A DNA stretch of 64,000 nucleotides from Octopus sinensis. Taxonomy: Eukaryota. The stretch is from positions 54,684,001-54,748,000 of the forward strand of contig NC_043000.1 of NCBI RefSeq assembly GCF_006345805.1, given 5' to 3'. Position 1 is the stretch's first letter. The number at the start of each line of letters is the position of its first letter. The translations under genes and the position numbers were made by a program. Of the stretch, positions 12,385 to 26,300 are shown in pieces. The notes under the pieces are model-generated. The model made no database searches and had not been told where the DNA came from. It saw only the letters and a list, made by a program, of their open reading frames with translations.

Positions 12385-12578
12385 ATATTTGCACAGCTTC
12401 TCAGCTTCTAACGCTGGAGATGTACTACTGTGTCAGCTGTTCACTACCAGTGAACTAAGGTAACACCTCTTTTTTTTCGCGTAACTTCCGGAGTATTCGA
12501 GTGGTTGCAAGCAGTACTGTTTTCTGCAAGTGCTCCACCCTTATTGCAGCCCCTATTTGTTCCATGTACTTCTCAAGA
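12385..12578 (-). mobile_element. 3'-terminal fragment of an R4/Dong-clade non-LTR retrotransposon inside a (TAA)n tract
   Basis: Minus translation EKYMEQIGAAIRVEHLQKTVLLATTRILRKL matches the RLE-element C-terminus, also seen at 47820-47880 (QKILLTRTAHILRRAL). Short 3' UTR with GTTCACT/AGTGAAC hairpin. (TAA)n on both flanks. Confidence 0.7.
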
Positions 12579-12611
<33 letters not shown>

Positions 12612-13484
12612 TGGAATCGTGCATAGCAATTATGTACAACTTCTTGATATGTCAAATAATTACTTCTTTCATTGGAGAAGAATTATGTCGTTTTTTTCTT
12701 GCGTAACTCTGTAGTTATTATGATAAACAAGCATAATTCTTCAGATGAAACGCATGAAGCATGTCATGTATTCGAAGGATTATTAAGTTCACTCGCTAAG
12801 CACAATAATGACCTGGGGTAATAAAATGGAATGTTACGGATTGTCAATTTAAATCCTGACTATTTTCGCACCGAAATGAAAATCATAATAATTTTATTCC
12901 TCGATAGTTTCTTAATGAAACCAACCAGAAATATTCCATTCACTCACTCGAGCTTCTATAAGTTAGCAATCATACCTCCCTCAATTAGCACAATTAGCGT
13001 TTTAAATAAAGAAAGAGTTATGTTGTACAACCTAATACTAGATATATATGAAAAGACTACATAGTTAGGGACAGTAACTTATTCACGGCGTATCTATATA
13101 AACTACCAACTGCATCTACAGTATATGATGCTATTATTAACAAACGTTGGGATATATTTAATAATATATCGCAAAATTTGTCAATAATACTGTACTGTTG
13201 CCTCAGTATTAAGGCATATCTAGCAATATTTATCGATTTTCAATAACTTCCAAAGAACGAATGTATGTCATTCACATAATAGCGTACATCGCCAAAGAAT
13301 GTATAGAACGTCTCAAATATTCAACATATTGCTCGTAATATGTTCGAATTGTAACAGTTTCGATTAGTAATAACATTACGAATGGAAGAGAACTTCATCA
13401 ACTCACTGTTTCAGGCCTTTACCCTCAACGTTCTCACAACTAGTACTTTCGAGATCTAGATTTAAGAAATGAGGAATTATATAC

Positions 13485-13705
13485 ATTATTTACCTTATTT
13501 ACAATTGACGGATATTTGTCCTCATCTTGTTTCTTGTTAACACAACATTTCGGCTGATATGCCCTCCAACTTTAGTAATGAGAACCCAGGTTCGACATTT
13601 CCCCAGACACCTGATGAAGGCTGGAGGGTATACTAAGCGAATCGCTATGTTAACAACAAAAAAGATGAGAACAAATATCCGTCAAATATAAATAATGTAA
13701 ATAAT
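13485..13705. mobile_element. Fold-back element of two inverted pLTR-like arms carrying a hammerhead motif
   Basis: Arms ~13485-13572 and ~13617-13705 are imperfect reverse complements. CTGATGAAGGCTGGAGGGTATA starts at 13611; the left arm (minus) keeps GGAGGGCATATCAGCCGAAATGTTGTGT. Confidence 0.7.
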
Positions 13706-15918
13706 AAGACTTTCTAGTTTCCTGTGAAGGTGTCGTAATTTGCGGAAATATAGAAAACAGACAGAGAAAAATAGCATTCCAAAAGTAATATGCAATTCAA
13801 AATATAGTTTTATTTTTCACAATTTCATAGCTTTCCTTTACATGTTTTACATTTCTTTTAGATTTAAATATATTAAAAAGGCATTATAAAATAAATATCT
13901 CAGCTACGGCAAACACACTCATTAACAACAATTATGTGTACCATCAGACTTATCAAGTCTGTTCTTAATGATGATAGTGCTTAAGAAGAGTGTTTGTCAT
14001 AGCTGCAATATGTTTGTTATTATAGTTTTAGAAATATATCCATTATGTAAATATATGCAATAGAGTGTTCATGTACCTTTCGTAAACACACAACTATTCA
14101 GTTGTTGATCAGTCAGTTGGTAATAGCGAACCTTTCATCAATAACAGCCTTTCACACAGATTATGTGGAACAGTGAAGTTCCTGATATACGAACTACTGG
14201 GTTGTTACTACAGGAACTCATTTAAAAATTGTTCTGTGTGATATTTTTATGTAGGATTACGCAACAGTCATCCTTTATACAGTTATGCATTGATGAAGTA
14301 AGCAAAATCGTCATTATTATAGCAACTAAAATAACCACACAAACTGTTCAATTTAAATGCTCCTTTCCAATCTCTATTACCATAAGCACCATAATATAAC
14401 GAAAAATATACAGCGTAAGCAATACAATTGACGAGGATCTGTTTTTATAAAGGGGAAATAGAAATAATCAACACGACTGATATCAATCTATTAAAACTTC
14501 ACAAAAATACTCAACAACATCGACATTTTATAACTACACAAACCATGCAGAGGATAATATAACTAAAGAAAAACAAATCAGAAACATTCGATTAGATACA
14601 CAGAAATGTTTGGTACACGAAGAGCTAAGAGACTAGGAAGTAGGTATATTAAAGATTATTCTATTTCAGTCATAAAACAAATTAAAGTTGTTTCTATGCG
14701 AACCGTATACTGTGAATATGTAATACATTAACGTACATCTTCCTCTACAATAAATGCGAACTACTGATGATGTGGGATAATTTTCTGTTGTTTTGTTTTT
14801 CTTTTCTTTTCGTTTGATTGCAGACCTGTCAAATATTTCAAAGGAATAAAATGGGTCGCCTCATTTAAAATCTCTACAAGCAAAATCGTATTTTCCTTAA
14901 CTGTAACTAAATTCTTATGGATATTATGTCTCCATAGATGCAACAGTGATGCATGAACACTGTTTCTACTCAGTGTTATCCACTTTAAAATGATTGTAAA
15001 TTCATGTTTGTCTACAATCTCCGATTTCCCAGCGTTTTCCTGCAAAATTCTACCTTCCACTTTGTAAACCGATCAATTTGCAACAATGTTGCAATACAAT
15101 TAATATGGGCGATATACTTTTAACCTATTCATATTCAACGCCCACAAGATTATCTATTTCGGAAAGTGCATTACACAGTAATAAGCATTAACTGTGAAAT
15201 ATAAAAATAATATAAGGCTGATATGTAAACATAAATGCAGGAAACAAATTCATTAAAAACCTTATCAAAAACATTTTAAACAAACTTGAACATCTAAGAG
15301 GTTTATTTGATTTATACTTTTAGAAATTAAGTGCACTGCAAATTGAACCATCTTTGTATTTTACAAAGATATTTTTGTAAGCAATGTAAATTTTACATTG
15401 TTATCGTATAGTTAAAGTATCGGCTGATTGTGTCTATTTAGCCAAGTAACAAATGTCTATATAAATATACATTCTCTCGATTGTATAAAACAATGTAGCG
15501 TACTATATAGAGTGTCACCCTGAAATGTATGGAGATTTTCACTTTACGTTCGATATGGCTTCACAAGCTAGAAACCTATTGTCTAGTACTACCGAATAAA
15601 ATGAAATCCACAAAATAAGAACTCAAAATAATTTAGATCTACCTGAAACGGTAAAAAGTTTGAACAGTTAATCAATAAACTTATATTAAATAAATACTTT
15701 TTGTTTTTCCCTTTTACATCAATATTTACCAGACTTTTTTTTTTGTAAGTGCCTCAATTATATTCTTGCTCACGCTGAAGCAAATGTATAAATGTAGCCC
15801 CTGAAATTGAATTACAAATGAATGCAAGCAATTTTATCATTTCACGTTGAACGCATTTTGAATAATAAAGAATAATTGTAGTAGTACACAGGAGTTATTA
15901 CTCTGATTAAAATAAGAA

Positions 15919-16433
15919 GGTTGTGAGCTGGAATAATCGTCAGCACGGCGGGTAAAAATGCTTCACGGCATTTCATCCGTCTTTACTTTCTGAGTTCAAA
16001 TTCCACCGAGATCGATTTTAAGGCGGTGAGCTGGGAGAAAAGTTAGCATGCCGGCCACAATGCTTAGCTGCATTTTATCTGTCTTTACGTTCTGGGTTCT
16101 ATTTCTGCCGGGGTTGACATTGTCTTTCATCCATTTAGGGTCAATAAAACAAGTACCAGTTGATCATATTGGTCGATATAATTGTCTTAGCCTACCCTCT
16201 AAATTGCTGGCGTTGTTCCCAAATTTCAAACCAACGGTGGTGAGGTGGGAGAATTGTTAGCATAACGAGTAAAAATGCCTAGTGGCATTTCGTCCGTCTT
16301 TATGTTCTGAGTTCAAATTCCACCTAGATTGATTTGTCTTTCATCCTAAAACAAATACCAGTACAGGGGTCGATGTAATGGACCCTCTCCCTCCCCGAAA
16401 TTACTGCCGTTGTGTCAAAATTTGAAAAGCATA
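15919..16433 (+). mobile_element. Head-to-tail array of three SINE family A units bounded by a 15-bp direct repeat
   Basis: Heads at ~15917, ~16020 and ~16234; first unit 3'-truncated. TGATTAAAATAAGAA at 15904-15918 and 16434-16448. Confidence 0.85.
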
Positions 16434-16519
16434 TGATTAAAATAAGAATGATTGAAATAACATACATCTATTAATAATGTGATATATGCGGATTATGACC
16501 AGCCATTCGTTTTGCACTA

Positions 16520-17620
16520 TTTGCTTTAAAATTTCTCCCACGCTGCACTATCGTTTTTTCATATCGTTTTTTTCTTTTTCTTGATTAAAAGTGTTTACCA
16601 CCATGTATGATGAGTTTAATGCAATAAAAATTACTTTGGTTTCACTCTAGAATAAAGGATATTTCGGATTATATTGCTACAGTATTTCACACTAGTTTTG
16701 AGATTCAAATATATTATATTTATTCCCGATTTTGTAGATCAATAATGGTCTCTTGTTAATGTTTATTCTTGTATTTCGCACACGAATAGAACATTTCACC
16801 AGTTAGGATCTTCACTTTATTCATGTCATTAAAACCCGTTTTAAACTTTTCCTTAATTTATTTAAAATTTTTGGCGTAGCTTTCTCATTATCATCTATAA
16901 ATAATTGAAAATCCTTTCATTGATTGAATCTGACAGAAATCCCTGCGAGTAATATTATAAATCCATCGCGTGTTTCAGATTAGAATTACATTCTCACATT
17001 TGAAAATTAGGCTGTTCATCGCACCATAAATATCAACTAGGTAAGTCGCAACTCCACAAATAAAACCAGCCTATTCAATAGTTGGTGGACATGATTTATA
17101 AGTAAAAATTCAACACTTGTGTCGCAAATCTGGACGAAGTGTTTCGGCTGCCATCGACCTTCAAATTCGGAGGGGTAGTTTTTCAAAGTTTTTATTATTA
17201 TCTCCTCGTAATTCATCAAAGAGATTTCTGTTTAAAGTCAGAGATTTCATTTTCCTAAACGTAAATATTGAATAAAGGCTTTGAAATATTTACTAAACAT
17301 TTAACTCTTAGCAAAAAGATGTTGATGATAAATTACACAAGTAACTATGAACAGATAGGATACTTTCTTTAGGCTATATGAGATCGGAATAATTTGGTAA
17401 ACCGTTTCAGATGGTGAATCATCAGTTGCGCATGATACCATATTGCTGAAGGCATTTATCATCAAGTTAATGCTAATTATTCGTTGGCTCGTGCTGTCAA
17501 TTTATCAAGTTGTCCTAAATTTTGTCTTCCTCATTTCATTTCACAACGGAATTTCAATATCTTCATCAATATAATGACAGACTGTAGCATTAATAAAATA
17601 AACTGTCTCTCAAATAACTG
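16520..17620 (-). pseudogene. Decayed hAT transposase (Buster/Charlie, SCAND3/ZBED8-like)
   Basis: Ordered minus-strand motifs across frameshifts: NMVSCATDDSPS (TDGA), TCVIYHQHLFAK (C..H), KSLTLNRNLF, FEGRWQPK (TEVRWLS), YLVDIYGAMNSL, QETIIDLQN, KYPLF...FIALNSSYMV (dimerisation domain). Confidence 0.75.
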
Positions 17621-19559
17621 TATTTTTTAAGGTATATAGTATAAATTAATATATTTTTCGAAAATCTAACAACAGAGCAAAGCCTACTAAACCTTTTCTT
17701 TAGAAATAGAGGAAAGTCCAAAAGAAGGGAAGAAAATCACGAACGATTCACATGTGGTTACATTTTGAATATATATAGGACTGGAAGATGATTGAATTAT
17801 ATGATGATTTCCTTGCTTTCTCATTATGGTAAAACATATCTAAACTTTTGAAGCAAAAGATTTCATCTCACCAGTACGACGAAAAATATAAAACGACATA
17901 ACTGATACCTTAAGTTGCGAAACTTTGATGGAAGACCACTATATAACTATTTCTGTATGCTTTTGTATATTGTTATTTTTTCGGTAATTTCTTCGGAGTT
18001 ATGTTTTTCAATATGTAAGATTACAGTCCTATTAAATGGGCCAAGAGTTTCTTTTTAAAATGATTCCTTCTCCTAAAACCAGAAATGTAATGAAAGTGAT
18101 GCATAATTTTGCGCACGTTCACAGAGTGAGCCTAATTGTGACAGACGTTCTCCAGATTTTGTGAGTGTACACAAAACGTAAAACTTTCTTTGCATATGTA
18201 TGAGTACGTATGTGGCGATTACATTGCATTTTATTTTACATTAAAATTATTGAAAGATGGATACGGAAAGCTTGAAGTCAAGTATTTATTTCTAAGAATG
18301 ATGGTACAGACTTGCTGCTTTATATACTAGGCACTGATCAAGACACATCCATTGTTATACCATATTCGTAGGAAGAATCTTATAGTAAACACATATTTCT
18401 TATACAAATAAGTCCCTACACTTAAAGACGAAAAATATGCAAGCACGTTTTTGATCGGTGCGAATGAATAACAAATTTAATAGGTTTAAATTTAATATAT
18501 TTTTTCGAAAGTCTAACAACAGAGTCAAAGCCTACTAAATTACATGGGACTAAACTTGTATTTATATATTTTACTAGCCCTTTTTACCATGTATTTTTGT
18601 TTGTTATTTTGATTGTCCTTAGTTGCTCTCGAACGTACAAAATAATTACGGATTGAGAAGAAGGCAGAAAAATACAATTAAAACCCATGATTTACACAAT
18701 GGCAGTCATAGAACCATAATACTGCTTGGCACTGTTAAATAAAAAAAATTCAAAACGAGAGCAAACTACTCATATACATAAACAAAACATACATATTTAT
18801 CATCGGTATTGCACTGTATGCTCGTAACAAAAATAAAACATCTCTGTAGAGGAAACAAACGCTATCTAGTTGAAAATTTATGGTAGTAGCTAGCAACTTT
18901 CTCACAACCAACGACAACTTTTATTTAAATGTATTTTCCCTCAACCTCGCGCCTTTGGAAAGTCAGATAAACAAGCTGATTTATAAATAGCAAATTGTTT
19001 CACACTTGCATCTCACGTTTGAGGGATATATGTTGATGTGTAATTAAACATTTTAGGCTGTTGAATTTCCAAATATTGAACATTCTCAAGAGCAAACTTT
19101 GTTCGCACTAAATAGCCTGCGAGACGCAGGGGGGAAATAACAGTTATTAATTTGTAATGCATATTGCAATTTATTTTATGGTATGTATAAGCTACTCTAC
19201 AACTTAGTCACAAAATGAGAGTACACTAAATATTTCGTAATCTTTTGACATTTTGAATTTTCTCAGTACTCCCACGTGTATTAGATTAGATGTTTATTAT
19301 TATCACATAGGTGTACTGAATTACAAATAAAGACACAATTACAACATAATAATGATGAAGTTGTTATTCGTCAAGGTAAAGCTCGGCACCTGATGTTTCT
19401 AAAACGTTGTTAATATTTATTTACTACAGAATTTCAGGATATTTTCTGATCGGCTGCCACTTATGAATTTCTTCAATTTTTGTTCCAACTTACTTCATAT
19501 TTGGTGTACTGATGTTGCTTTGTAAAGTATTCATTGACATAAAATACATTACCGTCATA

Positions 19560-21200
19560 AATCAAAAGATAAAGAGGTAACAGCCTTTAAAGTTTGCAAA
19601 TCTGGGGTAATTTTCCCCAACCGAAAGCCACGGATATATAGCTACCTGTTTCCATAGTAAGAAGCCAAGCTGTTTACCACGTGTTCTTTGTGTCGCTTAT
19701 TAAGTGCTTAAAACTCATTCGGTATTTGGTGTGACGTGACCACGATATTTGCTAAAGATAACAGTTAAATAGGCCATCAGTTACGCACGAAATTTTCGTT
19801 TTCTTTTGCCCTTTGCATAATCGTATTAATTCCGGTTTCTTGAATACAAATTCGCAAAAAAATATCTGAAAATTCCAACAAATTAAAAAAGGTATGTGGA
19901 GTTATATGGCGTGCGTAAAACAGAGTTCTGCCAGTATTTAATTTGTTTACATTTGACAAATCTTCTTTTGTGGCTGGCTAAAAATATCAAACTTTAAACC
20001 TCTGTAACCCTTTTGAAAAATCTTTCTGGAAAAAGTGAATTATATCTCAAGATTCAGTGTGGACACTTACATCAATACACCAAAGTTTTAAATTTTCACT
20101 AAACTTCAAACTTTTCACTGGTAGAGCCAAACAAAAGATCCGAATTTCACTTAGTAACAGCTTTGAAGTAATTTAAATGTATTCATCTATAATATGGAAG
20201 GCGCAGCAAGATTCAAATTTCGGTGACAAATCATTAATACTCTTGTTAGTAATACTTATAGTGGCTTCACATTTTGGCACAAAAAATTCTAAGTGACATA
20301 TTTATTGCTTGTATCTCTGTGAAGTTCTTTGCGTATTTTCGTGGATCTGTAATCAAAATATATGCATAAATTTATATACAGCCTATCATCTCTTGCATAG
20401 TCATCGCTCCCCACATTCCTCAAATCTCTTAATCCAACACAAGGGACTGCAGTACACTCATTGCACTGTAAAAATTCGTCCTTCCTCCTGAATGAATATG
20501 CCCCAATTACCACAGTTAACAGCAAAAACATTTTTCTTAAATACAGACCCGATTCCTTTAAACCCTTCGGTTTTTATTAACGAAAACTGTTTTCTCCATA
20601 TAAGCATGCATAGAAACACACACAAACGCAAGTACACATAATTTTCTTTCACATTTTTGAACATATAGAAGCAAGAGTATGAATATAGAAATAAACTTCA
20701 AAATACTTATCTATACCCCATTATAACACAGTCAAGACGCATCCAGTTCTAATCTATCGTGTTCGGGTACATCAACCATTTCTGTATCCTTACTTTTGCA
20801 AAAAATTTTAAACGGGAATGAAACTGTTCATACGCATTAATCGCTCGTTTTAATTCAGTACATAAATCTACACTATTAAATTTTCGGGACACTACCACAT
20901 CATCCAGTATTTTTTCACCAGAAGTAAATATGGTTTTTCTCCATGGTTTTCAAAGAAAATCGTTCATACCCTTTCTCATATTACAACAGATTATTCTGCA
21001 GTAGAAAACTTTTACCTACGTCTAAAACTTATAATTAATATCAATTTCGAATTATTTCTCGTTATTGAAATGAATTAAGTAGCCCTACAGTTTCAGTTAA
21101 CATATTGATATGATGTCAAAAAATGTCCCTATAACCTAGTGTACAAAACCTTGCCATAAATATCTAACAAGAGAAAACAAATTGATCTGAGCACTTTTAG
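19560..21200 (-). pseudogene. Possible very decayed piggyBac-like transposase fragments
   Basis: From ~21200 to 20400: LWQG, GYLIHF, RKFNSVDLCTEL, YN.G.D-like, then cysteine-rich AVNCGNWG../RRKDEFLQCNECTAVPCVG. Separate N-terminal-like TPHTFFNLLEFSDIFLRICIQET at ~19900. All matches are by eye and weak. Confidence 0.35.
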
Positions 21201-23181
21201 TTACACATATTTTATTTAGATCATACAAAACAGCTGTCAGTACGTTAAGGTAGGCGGACAAAATATATTCAATAATATAGTGCGATAGATATAATTGGTG
21301 TAACATTTACTGTACACAAATTCGGCCAGTAGTGTACTAAAAAAAAACAATCGTTTGGCAGTCCTATATTTTGAAAACATTCCTATTTAGTTAAGAAGCA
21401 TGTTTATAAAAGGGATTAGATAACGTTGCCGTCTTTAAAATTATCTATGAGCTTTCAGTAGTATTTGAAAATGTTGCATCCATTCAGTATCAGAATTTGA
21501 TCGCAGATTTATAAAAGGCATGTCAGAGCCAACAGTGGGCGCCTCATTTATTTGATCTATCTTATATGAATCGATATACTTCGTCGTGTAAGTGGCTATT
21601 ATGTTATTTTACTGACCCTATGATATCAGCATTAAACCGACTGACATTTTATTGACAGCCTGCTTAAAAGAACATTTATTTTAGCTATTATTAGAAGATT
21701 TGGTGTCAGGAAATTGAGTTGAATTATAGATGATATTAAAATAATGCTACTCTTCACAGTTTTAAAAACTTTTCGTGTATTAAAAATATTACTCTCTGTC
21801 CTTACCATATATTTTCACAGATTCTAAAATACAAATTGTTTCTTAATTGTATGGTAATTCACAATTACCGTCATTAAATTGTAGTTTAAGCAACACAATT
21901 ACATACATACAATACCGCTTTGTAAGAATGTATTGTATACTACGTTTAAGAATTATCCAAACTTGTCATTTTAACGTCGACGGGAAAAAGACCATCGTTA
22001 TGTATATTTTTTTTTAAATTCTTAACTATTTTAATATATAAGATTAATCAATGTGTCTAAATTTTCGAATTAATTCTAGATGAGAAAAATTTCTTTACAT
22101 TGGTGGAGGTATACAATTTTGTTATATAATAATTTATTTGATTGCCGGTGCATTTTTATGTTATAAAATAGTTATTTCTGCTTCGACTAGTATATCATAT
22201 TCTTAATTAAAATAAAAATTATCCAAATATGTGTACACTTGTAGATTATAGGACTAATAAGAAAGAGAAATTTAACATGAAATCGTGTATCTTTCAAAAT
22301 GTTATACGTATCTATCAGCTTGTTTTAGTTTTGTTTAGTATTGACTAATTTTTGATATTAAAAATATCCTGAAAATTGTATAGGTAAAATTCACGAAATG
22401 AACAAGCACAGGTATAGTAGTACGTATATGGATTTTTCTTTGTAACTACATGTTTTAGCGCAACGGCTTGAGGGGTCGTTTCTCATAGACACATGCTCGT
22501 GTTGATTGATGATACTGTGTAAATGGTACTTGGAAGACAGTATTCTTCGTAGATTTTATATACAAAAGAACATAAACAAAACAACAAAAACGGTAATATC
22601 TATAGACAATTTTTTGTTTCGGTACTAGAAATTATTTCAGTGTTCTAGAACTGATCAGGGGGATTTATGGGGGAAATTATCCAAAATATATATGCTCTAA
22701 TTAGATATGTATATGTATGTATATACATATACATATATATGTGATGCATTATTCCAAGACTATGTAGTTCCATTACCTTATTTCGACTTAGAATTGCATA
22801 TATATACATATATCGTAATATATCTACAAAAGCACCGCTTTGAAATCAATGGTTTAGTCATCTATCCATAAACATATATTACATGTTATACACTTTTCAT
22901 TTCTGTCAGTAGAACACTAAATATTTGAACTAATTAAATGTATGCAAGTCCGTCAAGAAATCGACATGTAGTGGAACGGAATTCTTCAGTTTTATTATCT
23001 AAACAGTTTCACAAACGAAACTTCAAATTTATTCTCTTCTAACTTTCACATCTACACACGTATTATAATAACATGATTTAAGAGTTTGCAGTATAGTATA
23101 GTTGAGCATATAGCAGCATACACACTGATTAGTTGGACATACAACATGCACACTCAAAACTTAAATGAGGAACGTATAACA

Positions 23182-23375
23182 TTACACGTTCATGATTATG
23201 TAGCTGAATGATGCACACCATGCTGTTAGAAGTTCCTTGGATGAATACAGGTTGTCTCTAGTGCAGATCGGTCTTGTACAAGTAGTCGAATCAGATGCCC
23301 GATCTGAGGAAATCGTTCCGTCATTGTGGGATAATGCTGAAGGACCCGGAAAGGATTTTGGATCCCCTGTTTTTA
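23182..23375 (-). other. Candidate coding exon of an unidentified gene
   Basis: GC-richer island. After ATTATTCAG on the minus strand, 63 open codons (KTGDPKSFPGPSALSHNDG...WCASFSYIIMNV*). The in-register plus frame is also open. No recognisable domain. Confidence 0.2.
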
Positions 23376-26300
23376 CTGAATAATTAATGTTAAGAAAAAA
23401 TTAGCTATGTCGATATATTTACTTCAAGAAAACATATTCCGAAACTAAACACTGGTGCAATACTTTTTTCCGCAATTGGGTTCGAGGGAGGGATAATTTT
23501 ACAGAGGAAAACTGAGTCAAATCGACGGCTACTATAAATGATCGTGTTGCTTTATTAATATATTCATAACAAGAACAAAAAATATAAAAAATGGCAGTGA
23601 CACAAGACTAATAACATAAAGCTCCGGGATAGTTGTTAAAATAATTATAGCTTCAATATCACATGGTCCCTATATACGAGCAATTACAGGTAAAACGTTA
23701 TTCTCTTATTCCATAATCTTAATTCTAACTGATTTTACTTCATATCCGCCATTGTTTGATTTAAGTGCATAGGTTGATTATTAACAGTTCTCTTTCTAAG
23801 TGCTAATTTAGTAAATGATTGTAAAAGTTGCAAAGAATATATTTCCCTGATGACATGACAAATTTAATAGATGAATTATCCTAAGTATTTGAAAATGTTA
23901 CATGTATTCCACAATCGGCATGAAACAAATTATCTAAATTAGTATTCATTCTTAAATATTTTGTTTTATTCACTGATTTTGAGCGGCTACTAACCACAAA
24001 CACTAAATTAGTATTTGCAATATGTTAATGAGACAAAGTTAGCAAAAAATGTTATAAGGAGAAAAATAAATAAACAAACGGCTGTAAATTGGAAATTACA
24101 ATACAGTTGGAATATTATCGATAGAAATCAATAATTTGCCGTCATATTAATCAGTAAAAACTGACAAGCAATTTGTTTGCAACTTGTCAGATCTTACTGA
24201 ATGCGTTACGATACGTCTACGGTAGGTCCCATTTTATTTTTGGTTTGACAGTTTTATTTAAAATTGCCATTATATACAGTACATCAAGGACCGAATTAGG
24301 AATGAACACGTGCTTGGTAATGTATTTAAGGAGTATAATTCTCAGCATTAAGTGAACTATTTGACATGGATGAGACATGAAGTCGCCGATCGAGAGATTT
24401 CTGCATTGTTTCGTTTGTCTCTAAGCAAGATATATGAGTATATCGTTATTTGTTCGCAAAAGTTTGTCAATTAAATGTAAGAAACGTTTGCTTTTACATA
24501 CTTTTCAAGTTATAATCTATAATTTGCTCATTTAAATACATATTATGTTCTGCTTTGTGTTTTTACTTATACAACCTAGAGTTTATTTCATTAAAGTAGG
24601 AGCAAAGTAACAACGGCATTTTCAAATACTGGTTAACTATAATTTCAAGTCAAATTTAATCTATACAGTGGGGATTAATTTAAATAATATTCTACATTAA
24701 TGCTTATGTACATATATGTAGTACCAATGAGTATATACATAAAGAGAATAATATAGGCACACACACACACATATAAATATACACATTACACACACTGAGA
24801 TGTGCATACACATTGTGTGTGTGTGTGTGTGTGTGTTGCGTGCGTCTGTATTCTGAGTCACAACAACATATGTATTTCTCTTCACTGAAACTTTATCTAC
24901 TAACCAATCACTCACTAGAGCTAGTGAGGCGGTGAAATAATAGCATATAGCCCAGCCTGTGCATCAACCGACATGTGTTCTAACATATGATGCCTCAGGT
25001 GATAATTCGTACCGTTTCAGCATCATCTCTATGTGGTATATTAACATCCTATATATAACTGCGTATCGTCACTAAAAACACACTACATTTTCTTAGAAAT
25101 ATATACATTAAATAAATGTATATAGCAGTACAGCATGATTGTGGTAATTGCGACGAGGAAGAAATTTAATGAGTTTTATTCTTCTACAGCTTGCTTAGGG
25201 ACTCGATGATACAATCTTACTTCTTTGTTATAGCTAAACAACAGAAGATGCAATAAGAACCTAGACGGATCGTCGGATTATTCACGAATGAACTTTCGTT
25301 ACTGGGTCATTAGTTTCACATAGATAAATTCTCATAACCTTATATCTTCTTTAAATTTGTATTTCTGCCTATACAACCGCCGATGTATATAATTATGAAA
25401 GAATAAACTTCTACTGTAGTGCCAACTGTAAGGTGGTGGAGCTAAATATTTCTGAAATCAAGATTCGTCATCTACGCAGAGATAGCATTTTGCACAATAT
25501 TACTGGAGGTAAACAATGTATCAAAAATTAAAATCATGAGTGGATCACCAGCCGTTAGTGCCGGATCCACCAGAACTGGTACAGAGTAAACACTTCAGTG
25601 ATAAAGTTATTCAAAAAATATTGTATATATTTTCACTAAAGTTACTTTCACAAGGACATAGATATATATATTTCTGAATATATTCTATAACCAATCGGCT
25701 GTTATTTGTACATATATTTTGCGAAATTTCCTTTAACATTTACCACTTTAGTTTTCTAAAAGACAGTCTTGTAATAATATTGCCTCTGGTGAAATAATAT
25801 ATGACAACTGGCAAAAATTAGTATTTTCGTTATACTTATTTACATATTCCAAATGGAGAACAGTAATCTCAAGACTCTCTCTACCATGCAGCGTAACCAA
25901 TAACGAAATGTCCAAACAGGCAAATTATTTGTCAATGTAAGAAGCTGGACAGACCTTCATCTGAAACCATTAGTTAAATATCGTGGGAGCCAAATTAAAT
26001 ATGACGTGAAATATAAAGAGACGTGATTAAGGTCATACTGAAGTGATTTTAGAAATTTTGAACTAACGACACATGAGCTGATAGTTGAATATTTTGTGCA
26101 CTCATTTATAACCCTTAGGCATATTGAACAAATATATTTCCATAACATTCCTTGGTAAAATCTCTTTATTGATATTTAGACATATTTTTCCTCTTATATA
26201 TATTTTAGTTCGTAATATTTTAATTATAACCTAAAGAGAAGCGAATTTCAAAATACAGATTTAATGAAATCACGATCAGTTGCTCGAAGCAATACATGTC

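Noticed and set aside
17135-17172. Minus-strand ...GAAGGTCGATGGCAGCCGAAAC hammerhead-like string
   Set aside because: No CUGANGA, and it is explained as the hAT 'EGRWQPK' coding segment.
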